Part shown: positions 20,756-30,027 of the stretch, piece after piece
Position numbering within the stretch: position 1 is the stretch's first letter
How the letters are laid out: each line of letters starts with the position of its first letter
Source of the DNA: an uncultured Verrucomicrobiae bacterium
Lineage (GTDB): Bacteria; Verrucomicrobiota; Verrucomicrobiia; Limisphaerales; JAFGQR01
Assembly: GCA_963788655.1 (NCBI GenBank)
Contig: CAWBHS010000019.1
Coordinates: 1 to 54,238, forward strand
Reading direction: 5' to 3'
DNA: 54,238 nucleotides
Notes under the pieces: model-generated
The model's input: the letters and a program-made list of their open reading frames with translations, nothing else
Database searches by the model: none
Told to the model about the DNA's origin: nothing
Program-made: the position numbers and the translations under genes

Positions 20756-21863
20756 ATGAACATAAAACACAGGATGTTTTGGCTGGCGGCGCTTTCATCC
20801 GCACTGATTGCCCACGCAGCGGTGGCGGATACGCAATTGGACTTGCCTTCCCAAACCCCCGCAGCGGTGCCCGTTCGTCCGGTTCCCGATGAGACGGCTG
20901 ACCAACCGGATACTGGTGACAATAAGACTTCCCTCAGCGAGCCACGCCCGGCGGTGGTCAATGGACAGAATGTCAATGTCCGCGGCCAGGCCACCATCAA
21001 GAGCGAAGTTGTTTCCCGTTTGAACGAAGGCGATCGGGTTTCCGTGGTCGAGGAGATTGTTCACAAGAAATCAACCCCGGGCGACCCGGACAAGCGGTAC
21101 AAGATTGTATTGCCCAAGAACACCGACGTGTGGGTCCATTCCAGTTACATCGATCCCGACACCAAAGCGGTCAAAGCTTCCAGACTGAATATGCGCAGCG
21201 GTCCGGGGGAGAATTACAGTGTGTTGGGGCGTCTCGACAAAGGGGCCGTTGTCAAGCCGCTCGAAACCAAGGGCGATTGGATCAAAATCGAACCGGCAGC
21301 CAAAGCCTACGCCTACGTCGCGGCCAGCCTAGTGAATGTCGAGCCGGCGATACCGCCAACTACCGTGGTCGCCACGGAGCCGCCGACAGAACCGAAAGTA
21401 AGCGAGCCGCCCGCCGAAGTGGCAGTAGCCCAGCCGCCGGAAAAGACGACCGTGCCCGCCATGGATACCTACCTCCCGCCGACGGAAATCACCCCGACAA
21501 CGCCGATGGTTGAACCCGTTCCCAGCCCAGCCATCGCCCCCCCTCCGCCCCCGGAGGTGGTTGCCGAACCTGGCCCCGACGGAAGTTGCTCCGGGGCCGG
21601 CCGAACCTGAAGTGCCACCCCAGCGCAAGGTAATCCGAGAAGGCATTGTTACGCGCAGCCTGAGCATTCAGGCGCCGACCGAGTTTGTGCTTCAGAGCGT
21701 CAACAACCGGCGCAAGATCGATTACCTTTACAGTCCTTCAACCAATCTGGTGTTATTGGACTTCAAAGGCCAGCGCATCATCGTTACTGGCCAGGAAGGT
21801 CTCGATGACCGTTGGCCCAAGACGCCGGTGCTGACGATTGAGACGATTAAAGCAGTGCCCTGA
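20756..21863 (+). CDS. Secreted protein with two bacterial SH3 domains, a Pro-rich linker and a C-terminal domain, frameshift near 21570
   Basis: Signal peptide, VNVRGQATIKSEVV and LNMRSGPGENYSVLGRL...GDWIKI. It continues in ORF 21510..21863, whose stop overlaps the folD ATG (TGATG). Confidence 0.85.
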
Positions 21864-22756
21864 TGGCCGCGGCCAATCTTATCGACGGTCGGGCCATTGC
21901 CGAGCAGATTCATGCCGACACGACTCAGCGCCTTGCCGCGTTGAAAAACCGCGGCGTTCAGCCCGGCTTGGCCTTCGTGCGTGTGGGCGACGACCCCGCT
22001 TCCAAAGTTTACGTGGGCATGAAGGAACGCACCAGCGGACGACTGGGAATTCATTCTGAAACCCACATCCTGCCGGAAACCTCACCGGAAGCGGAGTTGT
22101 TGGCTTTGTTGGACCGGCTCAATGCCGATCCGCGCATCCATGGCATTCTCGTACAGGCGCCACTGCCGCCGCAGATCAGCCCCGCCCGAGTCTATTCGCG
22201 TGTGCTGCCGCAAAAAGACGTTGATGGTTTTCACCCGACGAACGTTGGTAAGCTATTGCTCGGCGACCGAACGGGCTTTGCTCCCTGCACTCCGGCCGGC
22301 ATCCAGGAACTGCTCATTCGCAGCCAGGTGAACACCGAAGGTGCGGAAGTAGTCATTCTGGGCCGCGGCGACATCGTGGGCAAACCCATGGCGGCCATCT
22401 TGTGCCAGAAGGCGAAACATGCCAATGCCACCGTGACAATCTGCCATTCTCGTAGCCGTGACCTGGCAGCGCATTGCCGGCGGGCGGATATACTGATCGC
22501 CGCGATGGGGCAGGCCCGGTTCGTTAAAGCCGACATGATCAAGCCCGGTGCGGTGGTGATCGATGTGGGCGTTAACCGCATCGCCGACCCCACTGGCAAG
22601 GATGGCACGCGTTTGGTGGGCGACGTGGACTTTGAGCCCGTTCAACCCATGGCCGGAAAAATTACTCCCAATCCTGGCGGGGTCGGTCCCATGACCATCG
22701 CCATGCTGATGCAAAACACGGTGCGGGCGGCGGAATTGACCTCCCCCGGCCAATAG
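21863..22756 (+). CDS. folD: Methylenetetrahydrofolate dehydrogenase/cyclohydrolase
   Basis: YVGMK, GILVQAPLP, KDVDGFHP, PCTPAG and ITPNPGGVGPMTIAMLM. Confidence 0.97.
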   Translation: MAAANLIDGRAIAEQIHADTTQRLAALKNRGVQPGLAFVRVGDDPASKVYVGMKERTSGRLGIHSETHILPETSPEAELLALLDRLNADPRIHGILVQAPLPPQISPARVYSRVLPQKDVDGFHPTNVGKLLLGDRTGFAPCTPAGIQELLIRSQVNTEGAEVVILGRGDIVGKPMAAILCQKAKHANATVTICHSRSRDLAAHCRRADILIAAMGQARFVKADMIKPGAVVIDVGVNRIADPTGKDGTRLVGDVDFEPVQPMAGKITPNPGGVGPMTIAMLMQNTVRAAELTSPGQ

Positions 22757-22781
22757 ACAGCCCGCAGCATTTGTTCCGATT

Positions 22782-23234
22782 ATGCAACCCGCTCGCATTC
22801 TACCCGACCTGCAATGTTCACTTCTGTGTGAAGAAGTTCGCCAGGAAGCCAATGGCAACTTCTTCCTGATCGGGATTATGGAAGTCATTCGCGTACCCCA
22901 ATTACCGGTCACCGCGTTTAAGCTGAGCGTGTTCAATCGCTGGACGGCTGGTTTGGGACAATTCCGCGAGAGCGTGCGGTTGATTGGGCCGGACCAGACC
23001 ACGGCACTACGCAAGAGCGAAGTGAAGTTCGGCATGGCCGATCCGGGCATTGGAGCCACCACCGTAACGTTGTTCGGAAATGTGGAGTTCACGGCGCCGG
23101 GCGCCTATTTTATCGAAGTCAGTGTGGAGGATGTCCTCAAGTTGCGTTATCCGATCAATGTGGTGGTCGTGCCCCCCCCTTCCAATCCCAACGCTCCCCG
23201 GCCATCTGGCCCCGCCGAGCCATCTCCAGATTAG
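22782..23234 (+). CDS. Conserved hypothetical beta-sandwich protein (DUF6941-like)
   Basis: LLCEEVRQEANGNFFLIGI...F..PGAYFIEV pattern. It lies 25 nt after folD. Confidence 0.7.
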   Translation: MQPARILPDLQCSLLCEEVRQEANGNFFLIGIMEVIRVPQLPVTAFKLSVFNRWTAGLGQFRESVRLIGPDQTTALRKSEVKFGMADPGIGATTVTLFGNVEFTAPGAYFIEVSVEDVLKLRYPINVVVVPPPSNPNAPRPSGPAEPSPD

Positions 23235-23243
23235 GGCTCACCG

Positions 23244-24203
23244 ATGTCAGACGACGAGCGTCAACCGGTAGCTTCCGCCAATCCCCAGCCGGAATCCACC
23301 TCACCGGAGCCGCCCTTTGCCTGGCAACCACTCACGCCCGGAGGCGTCGCCACGATTGCCCGCGAGTCGCTGGGCCGCTTGCTACTGATTGAACTGGTGG
23401 TGGCGCTGCTGGCCGTGGGGGCTACGTTGGGACTCATCGCCAGCGATTACTTTCCCATCATTGACCGGGCCGTTCGGCAGTTGCCGACGACCGGCCGGAT
23501 CGAACACCGGCAATTGATTGCTCCAATGGTCAGTCCGAAAACGCTGGCGGAAAATTCATTCCTGGCTTTCGTAGTGGATCCGAGTGGTTCCGGGCGGATC
23601 AGCGCCGCGGCGGATATTCGGGTATATTTTCACCGCCAAAATTTTGAAGTGTGTTCTTTGTTGGGTTGCGCGTGGTTCAAGTATCCAGTCCGGTGGACCA
23701 TCGAATTCAATCGCAACGAAGTGGAACCGCGCTGGGGTGCTTGGCGGCCATTCCTTCTTGCCGGCACCGGCTTGCTGGTCTTCATCGGTCTGTTCTTAAA
23801 TTGGGCTGTCGTCGCGGGGCTCTACTGTCCCGTGGTTTACTTGATCAGCTTTTATGCGGATCGCGACTTAGGTTGGGCAGGCAGTTGGCGGTTGGCTTCC
23901 GCCGCGCTCATGCCCGGCGCGTTGCTGTTGACCATGGGCATCCTTCTTTACGGCAGCGGAGTCATCCACTTGGTGCAACTGGCGGCTTTGGCCGGCATCC
24001 ACTTGGTTTTGGGTTGGGTGTATGTGGCGGTCAGCCCGTTCTATCTGAAGAAGCCGATCGTGATTATCACGCATTCGACGAATCCCTTTACTGCGGTTGT
24101 CAATCGCCCGCGTCTCAATCCCGCGAATCCCTTTGCTCCCATCGTGGAGGAGAATGGGGCTGTCCCGGACAGATCAGCCAGAGAGGAAGACGACAGCCAA
24201 TGA
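23244..24203 (+). CDS. Hypothetical membrane protein
   Basis: Several hydrophobic segments around a soluble loop, with operon-like spacing. Confidence 0.75.
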   Translation: MSDDERQPVASANPQPESTSPEPPFAWQPLTPGGVATIARESLGRLLLIELVVALLAVGATLGLIASDYFPIIDRAVRQLPTTGRIEHRQLIAPMVSPKTLAENSFLAFVVDPSGSGRISAAADIRVYFHRQNFEVCSLLGCAWFKYPVRWTIEFNRNEVEPRWGAWRPFLLAGTGLLVFIGLFLNWAVVAGLYCPVVYLISFYADRDLGWAGSWRLASAALMPGALLLTMGILLYGSGVIHLVQLAALAGIHLVLGWVYVAVSPFYLKKPIVIITHSTNPFTAVVNRPRLNPANPFAPIVEENGAVPDRSAREEDDSQ

Positions 24204-24246
24204 CCAAGGACCAAGGACGAAAGCATGCCCAACCGCCCAAGTTCCA
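24199..24246. repeat. Heptamer repeat arm
   Basis: AATGACC AAGGACC AAGGACG AAAGCAT GCCC..., overlapping the upstream stop codon. Confidence 0.5.
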
Positions 24247-24401
24247 TGCCGAGAACAAGCAGCCTTCCGCCGGTCAACAGGTCAGTGTTGTAACGGGCAC
24301 TCTCGGATCCTTGGTTTTCGCCTCAGGCCGACTGCCCGCCTGCCGCAGGGCAGGGGATGGATCTTGAAGTGATGGGACTTCAAATATCGATTAGTTTTCG
24401 C

Positions 24402-24430
24402 TTGCAAGTTTTCTGGCAAGTGCATAGATT
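24402..24430 (+). promoter_or_regulatory. Sigma70-like promoter of infC
   Basis: TTGCAA-N17-TAGATT. Confidence 0.45.
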
Positions 24431-24512
24431 TGGGCCAATTGAGAAACAGGAACGGTTTCCTGTAAACGGATGATTCAAATCGCATGTTAAAGCTTCAACC
24501 GGTGAGGGCTGC

Positions 24513-25232
24513 TTGAGTCGGCCTTACTCTTCTCGTCGTTCTTCAGGTCCAATCGTTCGGGTCAACGGTAAGATCCGCGCTCGGGAAGTGCGCGTTGTAA
24601 CCGATGATGGGCGTCAACTCGGAGTCATCAGCCTGGCCGAAGCCATCCGTGCGGCCCAAGGTGCGGGCATGGACCTTGTGGAAGTCGCTCCGAACGCCAA
24701 GCCTCCGGTGTGCCGGATTGTGGATTTCGGTAAATTCCGCTACGAACAATCCAAGCGGGAAAAGGAAGCGCGCAAACACCAACACGCCACGAAATTGAAG
24801 GAGATTCAGCTTCGGCCGGGCATCGATCCGCACGATCGTTCGACCAAGCTGGGGCACGCCATCGAGTTCTTGTGCGAGGAAATGAAGGTGAAGCTCTCCC
24901 TGCGTTTTCGGGGCCGCGAGATGGCCCACAAAGATATTGGTTTCCAAGTTGTGGAGAAGTTTATTGAGGAATTGGCGCCCTACGGGCATCCGGACGCCCC
25001 CTCCAAGTTGGCGGGACGGAGCGTGAATGTCATCTTGAGCCCATTGCCCCGCAACAAGCGCGCCAAGCCCCCGGTGTCGGCGGAAACTCAGGAAGGCATG
25101 CCGGTCTCGGCGGAAACAACTGAAACCGATCAGGCCCCTTCATCCCAGGAGGACCAATCGTCGCCTCCTCCCATTAGTGATTCACCGTCTTCGAGCTTCG
25201 TGAACAATCCGTTCACCCAGTTGAATTCCTGA
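24513..25232 (+). CDS. infC: Translation initiation factor IF-3, TTG start, low-complexity C-terminal extension
   Basis: RVNGKIRAREVRV, DLVEVAPNAKPPVCRIVDFGKFRYE, KEIQLRPGIDPHD and FRGREMAH. Confidence 0.95.
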   Translation: MSRPYSSRRSSGPIVRVNGKIRAREVRVVTDDGRQLGVISLAEAIRAAQGAGMDLVEVAPNAKPPVCRIVDFGKFRYEQSKREKEARKHQHATKLKEIQLRPGIDPHDRSTKLGHAIEFLCEEMKVKLSLRFRGREMAHKDIGFQVVEKFIEELAPYGHPDAPSKLAGRSVNVILSPLPRNKRAKPPVSAETQEGMPVSAETTETDQAPSSQEDQSSPPPISDSPSSSFVNNPFTQLNS

Positions 25233-25322
25233 ACTTGAGATTACCACCCGTGGTTTGCCTGTTTGGGCTATTCCTTGCCCCCAAAGGTACGCATTCGTTG
25301 ACGGCATCTCCGCTGCAAAGAC

Positions 25323-26213
25323 TCAAGCCTTGGCTTGGAGATACTCGCGGGCCTTGGCGAGGGCGGTTGACATTTTGTCTGGCTCGACGTGGCCGTGCAT
25401 GAAGGGATTCAGATACCATGGGTATGCGATGCGGGCCAAGGCCTTGAGCCACGGTGCAAAATCCGTCGGCCCGTGACCGGGGAGTTGGCCCAGCCCTGGT
25501 TGATTCTGCCAGGCATAGAAAAACAGCAATTGCTGGTCGCAGATCGCAATGGCTTTTTCCACGGGGACCTTGATGGCCTGAAGATGGTAAGGTGCCAAGG
25601 CAATGCCTACGCGCAGAAACGGATTAAGATCCGCGAACGCCTGGAAGGAATCGAGCGAGTTCAGCAGGGCGTCGCCGTGGTTTTCAATGGCGAGCCAGGA
25701 GTCGTGTTTTTCCGCCAGATCAGCCAGTGGTTTCAGCCCTTCGAAAAAGGCGCGCATTTTGGTGGTGAGTTCCTCCGGCTTGCACGGGGGACCACTGCCT
25801 TGAACGGCAACGCCGCCACCGGCTTTGCCGAGCAGGTCCGCATATTTGGCGTAACCACCTTGATAGACGGAAAAGGAGTAGAGGGCCAATTTGTATTTGG
25901 CCAGTAAGGCCTTGAGCCCGCTGGCTCCCAGCCGTTGGGCAACGTCGTCGAGATGGGGGCAGCCTTCGTGCGCCGACCAAATATCAATGGCCTCGAAGCC
26001 TTGCGCCGCAATGCGTTCACAGGCCTGCTCGATGGGCAATTCCTTGTAGTGAATTGACGAGGTCGAGAAGCGCACGCGCCAAGGTGTTTTTTCTTTGCCA
26101 GCCGCCAGGGTAGGGTGAGGCGACAAGAATCCCGCCGCAACGCCTCCGGCGGCCACCGTCAAAAAATGGCGACGGTTCATCAGATTTCCAGAGTTCTGCT
26201 GTGGTTGGTTCAT
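25323..26213 (-). CDS. Tat-exported sugar phosphate isomerase/epimerase (AP2/XylA-like TIM barrel)
   Basis: MNRRHFL twin-arginine signal, GFEAIDIW, LAIENH and LPGHGPTDF. Confidence 0.8.
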   Translation of the reverse strand: MNQPQQNSGNLMNRRHFLTVAAGGVAAGFLSPHPTLAAGKEKTPWRVRFSTSSIHYKELPIEQACERIAAQGFEAIDIWSAHEGCPHLDDVAQRLGASGLKALLAKYKLALYSFSVYQGGYAKYADLLGKAGGGVAVQGSGPPCKPEELTTKMRAFFEGLKPLADLAEKHDSWLAIENHGDALLNSLDSFQAFADLNPFLRVGIALAPYHLQAIKVPVEKAIAICDQQLLFFYAWQNQPGLGQLPGHGPTDFAPWLKALARIAYPWYLNPFMHGHVEPDKMSTALAKAREYLQAKA

Positions 26214-26235
26214 AAATCGTAAACCCTTCAGCGCC

Positions 26236-27609
26236 TCACAGCACATAGGGATACCGCTGCGGCTTGCTCAGCATTCGGTTGGCTTGATCATCGCCCACCA
26301 CCTCTTGTTTGTTACCGTCCCACACCAATTTGCGCCCAAGAATGTAGGCGAGGTTACCCAGGTTGCAGAGATTGGCGGTGCGGTGACCGATCTCGATATC
26401 GACCGCGGGGCGGTGATGGCCTTCGCGGATGGCTTTGAACCAGTCGGCTTTGTGGTTCATGTTAAAATCCGCGTATTCGTCCGTGCGATAGACCTCCTCG
26501 CCACCGGGCGGCAATTTGAAGTTGATCGCTTCCGGATTGGCCGGTCGGTAGCCACCTTCCCATTCCAGGACGAGACGACCGTGTTCGCCCCAAAAGACGT
26601 TGCCGAATTCGGTCTTACCAACCTTGTTGCCCGGTTGCCCCCATTCGAGGGTCCAGTCCGGGTTCTTAAATTGATAAACCACATCCATGTCAATTGGGCA
26701 GTCCCACAATCCTTGGGTGGGAGCGCGGCCTTGGGCCTCGACGGTAAACGAAGTTTGGTGGTCGGCGTTCATGCACCAGAGAATCGTGCTGAACTGGTGG
26801 GCGCCGCGGTCGCGAATCTGCCCACCGCCAATCTCAAGGAACCACCGAAAATTAGCCGGGAGATAACGTCGGTTGTATTGGCGCCAGGGCAGGGGACCGA
26901 GCCACAAATCCCAATCGAGGTCTTCCGGGGGAGCGCCGTCTGGAATGGGTTTGGGGTCCACTGGATTGGCATAATGCCAGCAGGTGACTTTGTTTACTTT
27001 TCCGACTATACCGTTGCGGATGGCACGGCAAGTGTGCCAACCGCCCAATGCCGTCCGGGCCTGCGCGCCGACTTGCACGGCTACGTTGTTGGCCCGCGCC
27101 GCATCGACCATCGCCTGGCCATCACGCACGGTGACGGAGGCTGGTTTTTCGACATAGACATGCTTGCCGGATTGGCAGGCGTGAACCGTCTGGACGGCGT
27201 GCCAATGATCAGGCGTGGCAATAAGCACGGCATCGATATCCTTGCGCTCGATGAGGTAACGGTAATCGCGATAAGGAACGACCCCTTTGCCGACCGTTTC
27301 CGTGGCGGCGATGAGGCGGTTTTCATCCACATCGCAAACGGCCGCGATGCGGACTTTGCCTTCCTTTTGAAACGTCAGCATGTTCTGCAAATGGGTATTG
27401 CCCATGCCGCCGGTCCCGATGTGGGCAACGATGAAGCGTTGGCCTGCGCCTGGACGACCGGGAGCGCCGAGCACTCCCGAAGGAACGAGGTTCAACGATC
27501 CCAGGGCGAGGACGGTGGTGCCGAGAAATTGCCGCCGGGTTAATGGGGAGCGAGTTGGAGCAGGCTTTCTCGCCGTTGAGGATATTGCGTTCGAACAGTC
27601 GGCTGTCAT
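26236..27609 (-). CDS. Tat-exported Gfo/Idh/MocA family oxidoreductase
   Basis: TRRQFL, IGTGGMG, IATPDHWHA, HVYVEKPA and LDWDLWLGP. Confidence 0.92.
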   Translation of the reverse strand: MTADCSNAISSTARKPAPTRSPLTRRQFLGTTVLALGSLNLVPSGVLGAPGRPGAGQRFIVAHIGTGGMGNTHLQNMLTFQKEGKVRIAAVCDVDENRLIAATETVGKGVVPYRDYRYLIERKDIDAVLIATPDHWHAVQTVHACQSGKHVYVEKPASVTVRDGQAMVDAARANNVAVQVGAQARTALGGWHTCRAIRNGIVGKVNKVTCWHYANPVDPKPIPDGAPPEDLDWDLWLGPLPWRQYNRRYLPANFRWFLEIGGGQIRDRGAHQFSTILWCMNADHQTSFTVEAQGRAPTQGLWDCPIDMDVVYQFKNPDWTLEWGQPGNKVGKTEFGNVFWGEHGRLVLEWEGGYRPANPEAINFKLPPGGEEVYRTDEYADFNMNHKADWFKAIREGHHRPAVDIEIGHRTANLCNLGNLAYILGRKLVWDGNKQEVVGDDQANRMLSKPQRYPYVL

Positions 27610-27711
27610 GCTTCACTTATCAAGCCGTTCCCTCTTGGGAACAAGCGAAAACTGGTGCGTCGTCATTGGCGAGTTGCGCCGCGCCATATTGTCAAAACGC
27701 CAAAAGATCGA

Positions 27712-29238
27712 TTACGGTTGGATCTGCTGCACCGCGTAGAGCTCTTTCATGGTCGCCAGATACAGCACTCCATTCGCGGCGATCGGGGAGCTGCTGATGG
27801 GACTGTCCAACCTGATTTCGCTGAGCAGCCGTTCATTTTTGCTGGCCGCAAAAACTAGAAATTCCCCGCGGCGGGTCGTCACATAAACCTTACCGTCGGC
27901 CACCAGTGTCGAGGACCAAATCTCGCCTTTGACTTCGTGGGTCCAGTAAGGCTTGCCTGTTTCGGCATCCAGGCAATGGATCGTTTTCCCGCAATCCGCA
28001 ACGAACACCAGTCCGTTCCAGAGTGAGGGAGTGGAAATGCTGTGCCGTTCCAACGGGGAGGACCACAGCTTGGCGGTGTGGGTGATGTCGCCGGACTGGG
28101 TGGCATCAATGCAAGTGATTCGGGCTTCGTTTTTTCCCCACCAGAGATCGCCTTGTGACACGACATAAACGCGGTTGTCGTGGAAAACTGGCATGCCCAA
28201 AATGTTGCTTGGGCTTTCCCGGCGATTGCTATTGTAGCGATGGACATTTTCCTTGGGCGCCGTCGGGTCACAGTCAAATGACCAGACTTTCTTCAGTTTG
28301 ATCACATCTTCGGATTGAAGCGCCGCGGGGGTAAGTGCCGCAAACGCATACACCACGCCGTCGCCACCGCCAAAGATAATCAACCTTCGGCCATTGACTT
28401 CACCCAAGGCAGGTGCTGACCAAGTGCTGTGGAAGATGCGCGGGCCAATGTGTTCATTATCTTGTCCAACGAGTCGGCCGGAACGCTTATCGAGCACGAC
28501 GAGGCTTGGGGCGTCCGGTGCCAGGATCTTGCGATGCGAATCATCGACGCCGTTCGAGGTGTTCACGTAAAGGAAAGGACCGTCCACGAGAATGGAACTG
28601 TGAGCGGAGTCATGTTGGCGCACCCCGCATTCTTTCGGCAAATCGAACAACCAGAGAATATCAGCGTCCTTCTCGTCCATGACCAGAGGCGGTTCATCAG
28701 GCGGCACGGCATGTCGGCCTTCGTCAACGTAAGGCCCCTGGTTGCCGTTTGCCATTCCTTGGAGATCGAGGCACATCACTTCCCCGCGATTGCTCACGAT
28801 ATAAACGCGGTTGCTTTCGACCGTGGCCGTTGAGCATATTCCGGCACGCGGCCAATCCCAAAAAATGCTGTTGGTGAGCTTGGGCACGGCCAGTTGCCAT
28901 TGGAAGGCGCCGGATTCCTCATCGAAGCACATTAACACGCCCCGGTCTCCTTTGTGTTTGGGGTCGCGCGGTTCGCCGTTGTTGGTTCCGATGAGCACCC
29001 GTCCATTGGCGATGATCGGCGTGGAATGTGTCTCCGTTCCGAGGCGGGCCGTCCATTTTACGTTTTGACCTGTTTCAAGATTGAATGTGAAAGGCAGGTT
29101 TGTTTCCAGTGAGACCATGTTTCTCGAAAAGGTGCGGCCCCAATGCCGTTGGTCGGCTGCGTGCAACATCGAATGGAACGTCAGCAACACCAATGATGTG
29201 CCGGTCAGCCAACGAAGCGAATAATTGTGTGCGTTCAC
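27712..29238 (-). CDS. PQQ-binding-like (BamB-type) beta-propeller repeat protein, secreted
   Basis: Signal peptide, NVKWTARLGTETHSTPIIANGRV, CLDAETGKPYW and SSPIAANGVLY repeats. Confidence 0.88.
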   Translation of the reverse strand: MNAHNYSLRWLTGTSLVLLTFHSMLHAADQRHWGRTFSRNMVSLETNLPFTFNLETGQNVKWTARLGTETHSTPIIANGRVLIGTNNGEPRDPKHKGDRGVLMCFDEESGAFQWQLAVPKLTNSIFWDWPRAGICSTATVESNRVYIVSNRGEVMCLDLQGMANGNQGPYVDEGRHAVPPDEPPLVMDEKDADILWLFDLPKECGVRQHDSAHSSILVDGPFLYVNTSNGVDDSHRKILAPDAPSLVVLDKRSGRLVGQDNEHIGPRIFHSTWSAPALGEVNGRRLIIFGGGDGVVYAFAALTPAALQSEDVIKLKKVWSFDCDPTAPKENVHRYNSNRRESPSNILGMPVFHDNRVYVVSQGDLWWGKNEARITCIDATQSGDITHTAKLWSSPLERHSISTPSLWNGLVFVADCGKTIHCLDAETGKPYWTHEVKGEIWSSTLVADGKVYVTTRRGEFLVFAASKNERLLSEIRLDSPISSSPIAANGVLYLATMKELYAVQQIQP

Positions 29239-29694
29239 TGTGATTCGGATAGTCGGGCATCAGACGCAATCATGCCAGGGCGAATTCGGAAAGGGTTCTA
29301 CGAGTTTAGCATGGGCAACTTAATTACACACTCCGGGAGGAATGAAGGATTCTTGTTCGATGAGTATGTCTCAAGTCATTTTCAGGCAATTCAAGAGCAC
29401 CATCACCCATGCCGCACAAATCAAGTGGTTTTATTGGTCTAATAGTGTGCATAAACGGTAAAACTGGAGTCGGGATTCTTTACATTTCATTCATTTTTGT
29501 CTAAGTGCTTTAGGGATAATTATTTATCTATATATCGCTTATCGTAACGTGAAATTCCGTCGGAAATATTTACGATTTGTTCAAGTTTAATCAACTGCAT
29601 TAGGCATATCGACTGTTTTTATCTAAGTTCTAAGTTGCTCATGCAAAACAGTTAAGGCTACAACTTTGAGTCGGTTTGGAATACTGTCAGTCTC

Positions 29695-29711
29695 TTGGCA
29701 CTCCGAACGCT
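29695..29711 (+). promoter_or_regulatory. Candidate sigma54 (-24/-12) promoter upstream of the giant gene
   Basis: TTGGCACTCCGAACGCT (GG-N10-GC, imperfect -12), preceded by an AT-rich tract. Confidence 0.3.
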
Positions 29712-30027
29712 AAATCACGCCGACTATCTGTGTGTCCGAATCTTGGGCTGTTGCTATTTGGTGATGGTTTCAGTGCTTTAAGAAACAAGAATACGGGTAA
29801 AGGATCTTGAGCTTTTGACAGAAACGAATAGCTTTTTGACCGTAATACACGGCCTTGCAAATCCAACGGAGGGGATGATGCAAAAACCAAAGGTGCCGAG
29901 CGTGGTTTGCTGTACGCAAAGCTCAGCCGGTCGCGGCGGGAAATTCCTAACCGACTTGCGGTTTAAGTGTCCGAACACGGTTTAATTTATATCGGTTCAG
30001 AAAAACAGACGAAGCCCTATCAAAACT

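Noticed and set aside
29856..29920. GCAAA...GATGCAAA resembling a c-di-GMP-I riboswitch
   Set aside because: It lacks the GNRA tetraloop and receptor and a convincing P1. An Infernal search would be needed.
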